64,000 nucleotides of DNA from an uncultured Candidatus Binatia bacterium (GTDB taxonomy: Bacteria > Desulfobacterota > Binatia > HRBIN30), in the NCBI GenBank assembly GCA_964534275.1, contig CAZHQG010000007.1:27202-91201 (forward strand). Reading direction: 5' to 3'. A program made the position numbers and the translations under genes. How positions within the stretch are numbered: the first letter of the stretch is position 1; every line of letters starts with the position of its first letter. Shown here in pieces: positions 1-8,840 of this stretch. The notes below the pieces were generated by a model that made no database searches, had not been told where the DNA came from, and was given only the letters and a program-made list of their open reading frames with translations.

Positions 1-2254
1 CCGCCGTACGGGCGATAAGAGTTGCGGGCTTGAAGCGCTTGAGCGTGGGGCGGCCTTTTTGGCCCCGGCGGCCCAGGTCGGCGACTTGCAAGCGACGCAC
101 TTCGCCGGATTCCGCGATCGCAATGGGAGGCGCATCGGGTGGATGGCATACGGCCCCGACGACCCGATCACCGGGCGCCACCCGGATAGCCCACACGCCC
201 CTCCCAGCTCCGGTCAGTTCGGGCAACTCGTGCGTTGGGAAACTCGACACGTACCCGCCGGCAGTGGCAATGGTAACGACTTCACCATTGCAAGGAGTTA
301 CCACGGCAATTTCGTCGCCCTCTTTGGGGCGGGCATAACGGCGGCCGCTTTTGGTGGTTTCGTCTAATTCTGGTCGAATGCGGGCCCCCAAGCCCTGGGT
401 GCTGACCATAAGCCACAGGGGCCATTGCCGTTGCTCACCCTCGGCAGCCGGAGGCACCAATGCGGCGGCTACGACACGCTCGCCGTCGCGGAAGTTGAGT
501 AGAGTTTGAACCGGCTCACCGTACCCGGTCGTGGCCGGAACCTGCATCGCCTTGATCACGTAGAGCACGCCACGGTTGGAAAACAGCGCGACCAAGTCGC
601 GGGTGTTGCCGCGCAAGACCCAATGAACGCGATCTCCCTCGCGCACGCGGGTAGAGTTCGGGTCTTTCAGCTCGCCGACCCGCTTGATCCAACCGTCGCG
701 CGTAAGCACGACGACCATGTCTTCGTGCACCACGTAGGCGTTCTCGTCGTACACCAGATCGGCGCCGCTCCGGAGTTGTGTGCGCCGGGGGTCGCCGTAG
801 CGCTGGGCAACCTCCTGAAGTTCCTCTTGCACGATTTTCCAGCGTGCTTTTGGCTGCGCCAGGAGACGTTCGATTTGGCGGGCGCGTTCAGCCTTTTCCC
901 GTTGCTCCTCGCGGATGCGCTCGATTTCCAGTTGAGCAAGTTGATAGAGGCGCGTTTCCAGGATTGCGTTCGCTTGCTCTTCGTCGAGTGCGAAGGCGCG
1001 CATGAGGCCCTCACGCGCGTTTTCACGCGAGCGCGCATTGCGGATGATGCGCAGTGCACGGTCGATGTTGCCAAACAGCGCCAGGAATCCAGCGAGGATG
1101 TGCAGGCGCGCTTGTAGTTGGCGCAGTTCGTGTTGCAACCGTCGAGTGACGACCTCGAAGCGAAAATCTAGGAAGTAGCGGCACAAGTCTTTAAGACTCA
1201 GTCGCTGAGGCTGGCCGATGCCTGGAGTCGCGGTCGGTACGAGAGCCGTGAAGTTTGCGTGGTATGTGATTTGTAGGCTCGTGTGTTTGAACAGGTACGC
1301 CATGACCGCCTCGGGTGTGGCGTCGCCTTTGAGTTCCACGACAATACGGACCTGGTCGGTCGACTCGTCCCGCACGTCTGTGGCGAGTGGCAACCTGCGG
1401 GTCGCGATGTGTTCGGCAATTTCTTCTACGATTTTCGCCTTGTTGGTCGTGTAGGGGATCGAGGTGATGACCACACGCCGGCGGCGCCCGGAGGTTTCCG
1501 TGGTAAACTGGCCGCGCACGCGGATGGGGCCTTGCCCCGTTTCGTAGATCTGTCGAAGCTCCGAGCGCGAGTTCAAGATTTCGCCGCCGGTAGGAAAATC
1601 GGGTCCCTTGATCAAACGGCAGAGGTCCTTGGTGTCGAGTTCGGGGTCCTGGATGAGTGCGACAAGGGCATCGACGACTTCGCGCAAGTTGTGTGGGGGG
1701 ATGTTGGTGGCCATCCCGACCGCAATTCCGGTACTCCCGTTCATGAGGAGCTGCGGTACCGCGGCTGGCAGCACGACGGGCTCGCGCAAGGTAGCGTCGT
1801 AGTTGTCGCGGAACTCGACCGTTTCCTCGCGCACGTCGCGCAGAAGTTCCTCGGCAATGGGCGTGAGCTTGGCTTCGGTGTAGCGCATCGCCGCTGGGCT
1901 ATCGCCATCGAGGGAGCCAAAGTTGCCTTCCCCGTGTACGAGCGGGTACCGCATGGCAAATGGCTGCGCCATGCGCACCATCGCCTCGTACGCGGCAAGG
2001 TCGCCGTGAGGATGGTACTTCCCCAGCACTTCACCAACCACTGCGGCCGACTTCCGAGGCCGAGCTCCCGCTGTCAGGCGGAGGTTTTGGAACATCGCAT
2101 ATAGGATGCGGCGTTGGACCGGCTTCAGCCCGTCTCGCACGTCCGGCAAAGCGCGCGAAGTGACCACGCTGAGCGCGTAAGCCAGATAGCGCTCTTCCAC
2201 AGCGCGACTGAGATCGATCACAGGACTCGTATTGTCAGGCTCTACCCGCTTCAC
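1..2254 (-). CDS. parC: Type IIA DNA topoisomerase subunit A, ParC-like (3' end runs off the window)
   Basis: Hand translation from GTG at 2254 (RBS AGGAGG upstream): [60 protein letters not shown] (catalytic Tyr), then C-terminal pinwheel blades without a QRRGGKG GyrA-box. Open to position 1, probably why it is missing from the ORF track. Confidence 0.85.
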   Translation of the reverse strand, partial: MKRVEPDNTSPVIDLSRAVEERYLAYALSVVTSRALPDVRDGLKPVQRRILYAMFQNLRLTAGARPRKSAAVVGEVLGKYHPHGDLAAYEAMVRMAQPFAMRYPLVHGEGNFGSLDGDSPAAMRYTEAKLTPIAEELLRDVREETVEFRDNYDATLREPVVLPAAVPQLLMNGSTGIAVGMATNIPPHNLREVVDALVALIQDPELDTKDLCRLIKGPDFPTGGEILNSRSELRQIYETGQGPIRVRGQFTTETSGRRRRVVITSIPYTTNKAKIVEEIAEHIATRRLPLATDVRDESTDQVRIVVELKGDATPEAVMAYLFKHTSLQITYHANFTALVPTATPGIGQPQRLSLKDLCRYFLDFRFEVVTRRLQHELRQLQARLHILAGFLALFGNIDRALRIIRNARSRENAREGLMRAFALDEEQANAILETRLYQLAQLEIERIREEQREKAERARQIERLLAQPKARWKIVQEELQEVAQRYGDPRRTQLRSGADLVYDENAYVVHEDMVVVLTRDGWIKRVGELKDPNSTRVREGDRVHWVLRGNTRDLVALFSNRGVLYVIKAMQVPATTGYGEPVQTLLNFRDGERVVAAALVPPAAEGEQRQWPLWLMVSTQGLGARIRPELDETTKSGRRYARPKEGDEIAVVTPCNGEVVTIATAGGYVSSFPTHELPELTGAGRGVWAIRVAPGDRVVGAVCHPPDAPPIAIAESGEVRRLQVADLGRRGQKGRPTLKRFKPATLIARTA

Positions 2255-2422
2255 AGCCCCTCCTGTAGGCCAGGACCCTGCTCACTAGCCGACCGCATCA
2301 TCTCCGCCACAAGCGAGTACCGCGATGCACTATAAGGAAACGATGCCCTGAGAAAAAGGGCCCGTTCGTTCGCATGGTAGGCTGGCCCGCCTTGTACAAA
2401 GGGCACGGGCCGCGCTGGTCGG

Positions 2423-2893
2423 TCAACTCTTTTGTTCGCCTTGGAGTCGGCGGAGGGTTTCCAAGGCGCGGTCAATGTGTACGTCGATGCCGAACTCGCT
2501 GTGGATGACTTCCTGGATCGTCCCGTCCTTGTCGATTACGAAGGTAACTCGCTTGGTCGGTAGCCAGCCTCCGAGACGCGCAACCCCGTATTTCTTCGCG
2601 ATGTGCCCGTCGGCATCGCTGACCAATGGAAATGTGAGGCGGTACTTCTTGGCGAACTCTTCGTGTCGCTCCACAGGGTCGAGGCTGACTCCGATGATTT
2701 CCCCATCGAGTCGGGCGACCTCCGCTCGATGGTCTCGAAACGAACACGCTTCCTTGGTGCAGCCCGGAGTAAAATCTCGCGGGAAGAAGTACAACACAAC
2801 GTGCCTGCGGCCGCGGTAGTCGCGCAGGCGCAGATACTTACCTCCGACGCTCGGAGCTTCGAAGTCTGGGGCGGTATCGCCAACTTTCAGCAT
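2423..2893 (-). CDS. bcp: Peroxiredoxin, BCP/PrxQ family
   Basis: MLKVGDTAPDF...VVLYFFPRDFTPGCTKEACSFRD (PxxxTxxC with a second Cys five residues later). Confidence 0.93.
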   Translation of the reverse strand: MLKVGDTAPDFEAPSVGGKYLRLRDYRGRRHVVLYFFPRDFTPGCTKEACSFRDHRAEVARLDGEIIGVSLDPVERHEEFAKKYRLTFPLVSDADGHIAKKYGVARLGGWLPTKRVTFVIDKDGTIQEVIHSEFGIDVHIDRALETLRRLQGEQKS

Positions 2894-2948
2894 CGGCCAC
2901 CGGCTATGACACAAGGCCGGTGCCAAATCCAGACCGTCACCTTTCTTG

Positions 2949-2976
2949 TTGACACCAGCGTGGACTCCGCGACAAT
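2949..2976 (+). promoter_or_regulatory. Candidate sigma70 promoter for the beta-propeller gene
   Basis: TTGACA (2949-2954), 16-bp spacer, GACAAT (2971-2976), ATG at 2986; no clear RBS, so a short or leaderless transcript is possible. Confidence 0.4.
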
Positions 2977-2985
2977 GGTCACGAA

Positions 2986-4881
2986 ATGAGGGTTTTGCGC
3001 GCCATTGTGTTTGGTGGGTGTCTAGCCGCTGTGGCTGCCGTGGTCACGGCGGAGGTGGTGCAAGTGACGGACACCCCGGCTGGCCGGTCGGTGGGCGCAG
3101 CTTCGGTCGATGCCTCGGGGCGATGGATCGTGTTTTCGTCGACCGCGAACGTGGCCGGTTTGAATCCCACGCCGATCGGCAATGTGTTTGTGTACGACGT
3201 CCAAGAAGGCACGTTCACCCGCATAACGACGCAAGGTGGCAACGACCCGGTGATTTCCGGTGACGGGAGGTACGTGGCGTTTTCTTCTGACGCGGACTAC
3301 AGCGGCCGGAACGAAGACGGGAGCGAGGAGATTTTTCGTTACGACCGGCTGCGGAAGCGATTTTATCAGGTCACGCGCGACCGGCTGGGGGACGGCTCCA
3401 GCGTGTTGCCTGCCATCGACTTCAAGGGCAAACGCATTGCCTTTGAAACAACCAGTAACTTACGTGGCCGAAACGTAGACCTCAGCAACGAGGTCTACCT
3501 GTTTAACCGCTCAGGCAACATGCCGCTGAGCCGAGACCCGGAAGGCGAGGGCGAGAGCTACACGCCTGCGGTCGCCGGCGATGGGTCGCTGGTAGCGTTC
3601 GTGAGCACCAGTAATTTGACCGGACGGAACGAGGATTTCAGCCAGGAGCTGATGATCTACGACGTGAAAGAGCGCGCGCTCTTTCAGGCAACCAACGATC
3701 CGGAAGGATTTGGAGAAAGCAGTGCACCCGCTGTGAGCGGGAACGGGAAGTTTGTCGTATTTGTTTCGTCGAGCAATCTTGGCGGCGGGCTCAACCCCGA
3801 CAACGTATCGGCTGTGTGGATTCGCCGGAAAAGCGGCTACTCGATGCTCGTCACTGCCAATTCTTCCGGGCCGTTCGATGCGGAGCAGCCGACCATCGAT
3901 TGGGATGGGGAGTGGATTGGGTTCGTTGCGCGAGAAGATTTGGTCGGGAGAAATCCTGACCGTTCGCCGGAGATTTTTCTTTATAACCGGCAGCGGAAGA
4001 CGTTCACTCAAGTAACCTCCAACCCGCCCGGTTGCAGGATCTTGGGGCCGAAGTTGACTGCGACCGGAGGGCGCGTGGTGTTCCGGTCGAATTGTGATCC
4101 CCTGGGAACCAACCCCGATCGCGGCGACGAAGTGTTTTGGGCAACGAACCCGGCAAAGCACTTGGTAGTGGAGGCTGAAGGAAGCGTCGAGCTGGTCGTG
4201 ACCGACCCTGCAGGACGACTGATCAACCGCCTGAGCAGCACGATTCCGTTGGCTCGCTACGAGACGGGAGATTTCAATGCCAACGGCACGAGCGATGTTC
4301 GCGTTACGATTCCTGAGGCCGTCGACGGGCGATATAGAATCCAGATCTTGGCAGGAACCGGAGCCGATCCGAGTAGCCCCGTGTTCGTGCAGGCGACGCT
4401 CTCGGGCGTGACGTTGCGGCTCGCGGAGGGAACCGTGGCGTCGTTGGCCGGTAGCTATGCGAGCGTGATCAACCAGAGCTTTACCCGCCGCAGCTCTGTG
4501 TTGAATCCTGTGGCTGGCACGGGGAGCAAGGCCACACTGAGTGCACGCATGCCATATCCTCTTGCCGCGGAAGGTCCCATCGAGATTCGGTGGTCGGACG
4601 GTCGCAACGAACAAGTGTTTCCGTGTGGGCAACTGGAAACCTTAGATAGCCGCGGGCGCTTTATTGGCACGGTGGACGGTTTTTCTGTTACCTTACGGCT
4701 GATCTCGCGTGTGGATGGCAGCTCATCCTTGCGCTTCTCGGCAAAAGGCGGCGACCTCACCGAGTTTGCCGGAACCGAGAACCTCGGCATGACCGTGGCC
4801 GTGCTCTTGGGTGCTGACGCGCATTTTTACAACTGGCGCTTTGTGCGAAGTGCGGAAACCGGGAAACTGACACTGCGCTAA
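2986..4881 (+). CDS. Secreted TolB-like (PD40/WD40) beta-propeller protein with C-terminal beta-rich domains
   Basis: N-terminal signal peptide; 5-6 repeats of P.IS.DG..V.F.S...L.GRN.D.S.EIF.Y; C-terminal VELVVTDPAGR domain. Confidence 0.8.
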   Translation: MRVLRAIVFGGCLAAVAAVVTAEVVQVTDTPAGRSVGAASVDASGRWIVFSSTANVAGLNPTPIGNVFVYDVQEGTFTRITTQGGNDPVISGDGRYVAFSSDADYSGRNEDGSEEIFRYDRLRKRFYQVTRDRLGDGSSVLPAIDFKGKRIAFETTSNLRGRNVDLSNEVYLFNRSGNMPLSRDPEGEGESYTPAVAGDGSLVAFVSTSNLTGRNEDFSQELMIYDVKERALFQATNDPEGFGESSAPAVSGNGKFVVFVSSSNLGGGLNPDNVSAVWIRRKSGYSMLVTANSSGPFDAEQPTIDWDGEWIGFVAREDLVGRNPDRSPEIFLYNRQRKTFTQVTSNPPGCRILGPKLTATGGRVVFRSNCDPLGTNPDRGDEVFWATNPAKHLVVEAEGSVELVVTDPAGRLINRLSSTIPLARYETGDFNANGTSDVRVTIPEAVDGRYRIQILAGTGADPSSPVFVQATLSGVTLRLAEGTVASLAGSYASVINQSFTRRSSVLNPVAGTGSKATLSARMPYPLAAEGPIEIRWSDGRNEQVFPCGQLETLDSRGRFIGTVDGFSVTLRLISRVDGSSSLRFSAKGGDLTEFAGTENLGMTVAVLLGADAHFYNWRFVRSAETGKLTLR

Positions 4882-5101
4882 GTGCGGCGCCGTTCGAAAA
4901 CGGGGAACGCTGGTTCTAGACACGGCAAACGGGGTACGGGCGTTTGGCTCGGTGTAGGAACCGCACGGGCTCGTCGTTCTAGATGCGTGTGGTGAACTTG
5001 TGCAGGAACGGGGGCTGTACGTTTTCCCAGGTTTCTACTGGTTACCTCGGTGCCGTGGGAGCGTATTGCCCCATCCAGGAAAGTGTGAAACGAGGCTCGC
5101 C

Positions 5102-6079
5102 ATGACGGAAATTACCCACAAGCTTATCGAGGCAAACGGTATCCGCATACACGTTGCCGAAGCAGGAGAAGGGTTTCCTGTTCTTCTATGCCACGGCTTC
5201 CCCGAAATTTGGTACTCCTGGCGGCACCAAATGCGCGCACTTGCTGCGGCTGGATACCGCGCGTTGGCACCGGACCAGCGGGGGTACGGCGAGACGTCGG
5301 CCCCGGACGCGATCGAAAAGTACTCGATTCACCACCTGGTAGGCGATCTCACAAGCTTGCTCGACGCCTTGGGACTCGAGCGAGCGGTGGTTGTTGGACA
5401 CGACTGGGGCGGGATCGTGGCGTGGCAAATGGCGTTGCTTGCTCCTCACCGCGTTGCCGCAGTGGTCGGCGTCAACACCCCGTTTTTCCCTCGGCCACCA
5501 GCTCCGCCCTTGGTCATTATGAGGCACATGGCCCAGGGCCGTTTCCACTACATGATTTACTTTCAAGAGCCGGGCGTCGCCGACGCGGAGCTCGGACGAG
5601 ACGTGCGCCGGAGCTTGCGCGCGTTTTACCAAGTCACGCGACGGGAGAGCGCAGAGCGGGCGCGAGAGAACCCGCCAGGCGTTTTTGGTCCGAACGAGGG
5701 CGGCCTTTTGGATCGCCTCGGTGACGCGCCTCTGCCACCGTACATGACTCCGGAAGATTTCGAAGTGTTTGCGCGCGCATTCGAGAAAACGGGATTTACG
5801 GGCGGCCTCAACTGGTACCGGAACATGGATCGCAACTGGGAGACAACGGCGTACCTGAACGGGGCGAAGGTCCAGCACCCTGCTTTGATGATTACGGCCG
5901 AGTGGGATCCGGTGCTCCGTCCGGAGATGGCAGAAGGAATGGAGCAATGGGTTCCGAACCTCCGGCGTACCGTCCTGATCCGGGAGTGCGGGCACTGGAC
6001 GCAACAAGAAAAGCCTACGGAGGTGAACGCCGCGTTGCTGGAGTTCTTGCGGGAACTCGAGTTGCCGCGGGCGCGTTAG
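5102..6079 (+). CDS. Alpha/beta hydrolase, soluble epoxide hydrolase-like
   Basis: HGFP oxyanion motif, GHDWGG (Asp nucleophile), lid tyrosines FHYMIYF and LNWYRN, CGHWTQQE catalytic His. Confidence 0.9.
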   Translation: MTEITHKLIEANGIRIHVAEAGEGFPVLLCHGFPEIWYSWRHQMRALAAAGYRALAPDQRGYGETSAPDAIEKYSIHHLVGDLTSLLDALGLERAVVVGHDWGGIVAWQMALLAPHRVAAVVGVNTPFFPRPPAPPLVIMRHMAQGRFHYMIYFQEPGVADAELGRDVRRSLRAFYQVTRRESAERARENPPGVFGPNEGGLLDRLGDAPLPPYMTPEDFEVFARAFEKTGFTGGLNWYRNMDRNWETTAYLNGAKVQHPALMITAEWDPVLRPEMAEGMEQWVPNLRRTVLIRECGHWTQQEKPTEVNAALLEFLRELELPRAR

Positions 6080-6096
6080 CGGAGCCCTCGGGGTAG

Positions 6097-6402
6097 TCAA
6101 TACGCCACGCGTGCTTCGAGCCGGCCGTCTTCGCCGCGAACGACGATCAGTCGCGACATACAAGGCATGCAGTAAACGCGGTCACCGGGTCGAAGTTCAC
6201 GCGTCGACCGAATGACCACCTTGCACACCGGACAAATCACCTCGTTCGGGGCAAGCTGGTCCCCCGGGCCGCGCCAACGCCGATAGAACTTGCGGAACCG
6301 AGGCGGTACTTCGTCGAACCCGGTATCTTCCAGCTCGAAGCGTTGCCGCGGCCGACTTTCGGCTTCTGTTGTAACGGTTTCTTGCTCCAGCGGATCTGTC
6401 AT
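6097..6402 (-). CDS. Small CxxC-x17-CxxC zinc-ribbon/rubredoxin-like protein
   Basis: CPVC...CMPC; start overlaps the stop of the upstream ferritin-like gene (6399-6402). Confidence 0.75.
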   Translation of the reverse strand: MTDPLEQETVTTEAESRPRQRFELEDTGFDEVPPRFRKFYRRWRGPGDQLAPNEVICPVCKVVIRSTRELRPGDRVYCMPCMSRLIVVRGEDGRLEARVAY

Positions 6403-7217
6403 GCCCCTAACCCCAAGCGGGCGGCCGCCTCTAGGTACGCACGACCGAGTTTTTCGCGCTCTCCGGCGTCCGCTCCAAGTTCGAGCAAAGTTTCCTCCAG
6501 GGTGTCGAGAACCAAGTGGTCCAATTCGCGCTTTACTTGCCCGAGGCGAGCGCGAATGTGAGGGGCTGTTTGCAAGCGGCGGCCGAGCTCGTTTTCGCCA
6601 AAGCCGATGTGTCGGCGCTCGTCTTTCACCACCCCTAAAAGCAGGTCGCGAGTGAGCGGGTCAGCTTCGCGCGCGTGGCTTTGAAACACGGTGAACTCCA
6701 ACGATTCCAGGATGACGTTTTGCGCGAAGATTGCTGCCTCCCAATCTTTGCCTGAAACGAGCTCTAACAACCTACGCTTGAAGAGCAGCAGACTGCGGCT
6801 TGCTCGGCGCTCCACCTCGCCCTCGGGGTCGGCAACGCCGAGCAAGCGTAAGCGGTGTAAGAACACTTCCAGATGGCGCCCCTCGTCGACCACTTGGGTG
6901 GACAGGAAAATCTTGGCTTGGCGATTGGGAGCGATTCCGATGAGGCCGCTTGCGCCCTCCAGGGCCGCAGTTTCGCCGACGCAGTAGTTGCAGAGCACGG
7001 TAATCAGTCGATCGCGGTCGAGGTCGGGAAGCTCCGGTGCCTGAATCTTCGGGTCTGCGCCGTACACCTTGTCTCCGAGGTAGCCCTGTACCGCATGGAA
7101 CCAGAATTCGAACGAATGGACTTGCTCGTAGAACTCTTCCGGTGGGAGGTCGTGCACCTCGAAGGGTTCAGGCGGCGTCGTGCCACGATCAGGAGACACC
7201 GGAGTGTGAGTCTTCAT
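6399..7217 (-). CDS. Ferritin-like diiron-carboxylate protein (paralog B)
   Basis: Ligand pattern VGETAA, DEGRH, ILESLE, VVKDERRHIGFGENEL. Confidence 0.85.
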   Translation of the reverse strand: MKTHTPVSPDRGTTPPEPFEVHDLPPEEFYEQVHSFEFWFHAVQGYLGDKVYGADPKIQAPELPDLDRDRLITVLCNYCVGETAALEGASGLIGIAPNRQAKIFLSTQVVDEGRHLEVFLHRLRLLGVADPEGEVERRASRSLLLFKRRLLELVSGKDWEAAIFAQNVILESLEFTVFQSHAREADPLTRDLLLGVVKDERRHIGFGENELGRRLQTAPHIRARLGQVKRELDHLVLDTLEETLLELGADAGEREKLGRAYLEAAARLGLGA

Positions 7218-7225
7218 GGTGTCGC

Positions 7226-8110
7226 TCACGGCCGTGCGGGCGTTTGATATTCGATCCCGATGCGCCCGAGGCGGATTTTGAACTCCTTCAGCACGGTGTC
7301 GGCGAGAAGCTGCTCCATTTCCTCGGGGTCCATCGCCACCAGATTTGCTCCCTGCCACTGAGCTTGCACTCCAGCGCGCCCCAGCTCGTTCTCGATTCGC
7401 TTGAACTCGGCTCGTGCCGGGTTGTTGCGGAAGGCGTCGGCAAACGTGGCCAGCATCCAATACGACATTTCCTTTTGCATGCGTTCGATGTCTGGCTTTC
7501 GCTCGGGATACTGCTTGATGAGCGAGCCAATGCGGTTTTCTCCGAACCCGACATGGCGCCGTTCGTCGGCAATGGTTCCCGACAGGGTGTGGGCAAATTT
7601 CGGATTCGTGCTTTCGGAAAGCGCGTGCATCATCTCGAAGACGCTGAACGCCATCCCTTCGAGGACGATGTTTTGTCCCACCACGCCTGCGACAAAGTCC
7701 TTCTTATCGACCTTCTCGAGCAGGACCTCGGCAAACTTGACCAGATTCGGATTTGCGTAATGCTGAATGGTGCTTTCCACGTCTTTCTTGGGCACTCCCA
7801 GATCGAGCAGACGCTGAGTGAAAATTTCCACGTGACGCGCCTCATCCAGCGTCTGGGTTGCGAGGAAACGCTTGCTGGCCTCGTCTGGAGCTGCATTGAT
7901 CAACCCCGACGACGCTGCCAGCGCGCAACGCTCCCCGACAACAAGCTGCACCGTGGTGCGAATTGCTTCTTCCCGCAGGATTTCGTTCTCCAGCAACACC
8001 GCCGGCTCCTGTTCACCAGGACGATGCCCGTACTCCGTGCCCATGAGGTACCCTTGCGGACAGGACTCCAACCAGTTTTGGATCGAGTACGCCGCGAGAA
8101 AATCCGCCAT
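7226..8110 (-). CDS. Ferritin-like diiron-carboxylate protein (paralog A)
   Basis: Ligand pattern VGERCA, DEARH, VLEGMA, DERRHVGFGENRI; RBS AAGGAGG upstream of ATG 8110. Confidence 0.87.
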   Translation of the reverse strand: MADFLAAYSIQNWLESCPQGYLMGTEYGHRPGEQEPAVLLENEILREEAIRTTVQLVVGERCALAASSGLINAAPDEASKRFLATQTLDEARHVEIFTQRLLDLGVPKKDVESTIQHYANPNLVKFAEVLLEKVDKKDFVAGVVGQNIVLEGMAFSVFEMMHALSESTNPKFAHTLSGTIADERRHVGFGENRIGSLIKQYPERKPDIERMQKEMSYWMLATFADAFRNNPARAEFKRIENELGRAGVQAQWQGANLVAMDPEEMEQLLADTVLKEFKIRLGRIGIEYQTPARP

Positions 8111-8170
8111 GTCTGAACCCTCCTTTCGAACCACAAGTTGGCTACGCCGAAACCTCTGGCCGCGGTCGCA

Positions 8171-8186
8171 ATCAAAAGACGTGCCG
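8171..8186 (-). promoter_or_regulatory. Candidate sigma54-like promoter of the diiron operon
   Basis: Minus strand CGGCACG-TCTT-TTGAT against consensus TGGCACG-N4-TTGCW (the -12 C is replaced by A), about 60 nt upstream of ATG 8110. Confidence 0.25.
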
Positions 8187-8840
8187 CATGGGGAGCGACC
8201 GACCGGTCGGGCGGGGCTTGCGCTGGTCGGTCACTGCTCTCCGATCCGTAGGAACGGCGGGCGAGGCGATTTCCATCGTTTGCAAATTTTCCGGTGGCTG
8301 GCGGTTTCGTCGCGGCTCATGACTCTGACGGTTGCCACGAAACTCCGTTGCCCGATTCTCTGCCCCGGCGAACGGGAAGGGCTTGCTGCGTACGTGCCCC
8401 GGGAGCCGGTGCGATACGCTTGGGCCCGCGAAGCAATTCGCGGGGAGCCTGCCCGGTCGCCAAAAGTTGACAGCGAGAGGTGTCTTACCGGGTCGCGTGT
8501 GTCGATCGAAGCGCGGGCCTGCCGATGATTTGCTGATGCACGTCATAGCAACGCAGGAGGCACCACGACCTTCGCGACCTTTTTACTGGTGCCTCTCGCG
8601 ATGCCTCGTGTGGGGTGCTTCTCCGATTAACTGGAGTGCACAGCCTTACCGTCGAGCCGGAGGCATGGACTTGTGTGGATCGCCCTACCGGAACTCATGA
8701 ACTTGTACGCGATCCTCGTTGTTCCGGCAGTCTCCCCAAGGCGACTGGGTTGAGCGCCAGGCTGGGAAGTACCCCGGCGATCCTGCCCCGGCTTGAAGGG
8801 GCGACGGTTCAGGATTGGAGCAGTTCGACAAAGTTTCTGC

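Noticed and set aside
30-2104. Plus-strand ORFs 59..367, 506..1117, 1283..2104
   Set aside because: Antisense shadows of the minus-strand topoisomerase frame, which carries all the family motifs.
4905-4916. GAAC-N4-GTTC (Gram-positive-type SOS box) and a repeated GTTCTAGA upstream of the epoxide hydrolase
   Set aside because: Short motif expected by chance; the flanks do not fit; no such box upstream of polX or the SplB-like operon.
6097-6402. LysW amino-acid carrier assignment
   Set aside because: No C-terminal EDWGE tail, no lysX/argX neighbours, and argJ indicates the acetyl route.
6399-8110. Calling the diiron pair ferritin, RNR R2 or ADO outright
   Set aside because: Too long for ferritin or bacterioferritin, no R1 neighbour, no acyl-ACP reductase neighbour; similarity to ADO is local only.
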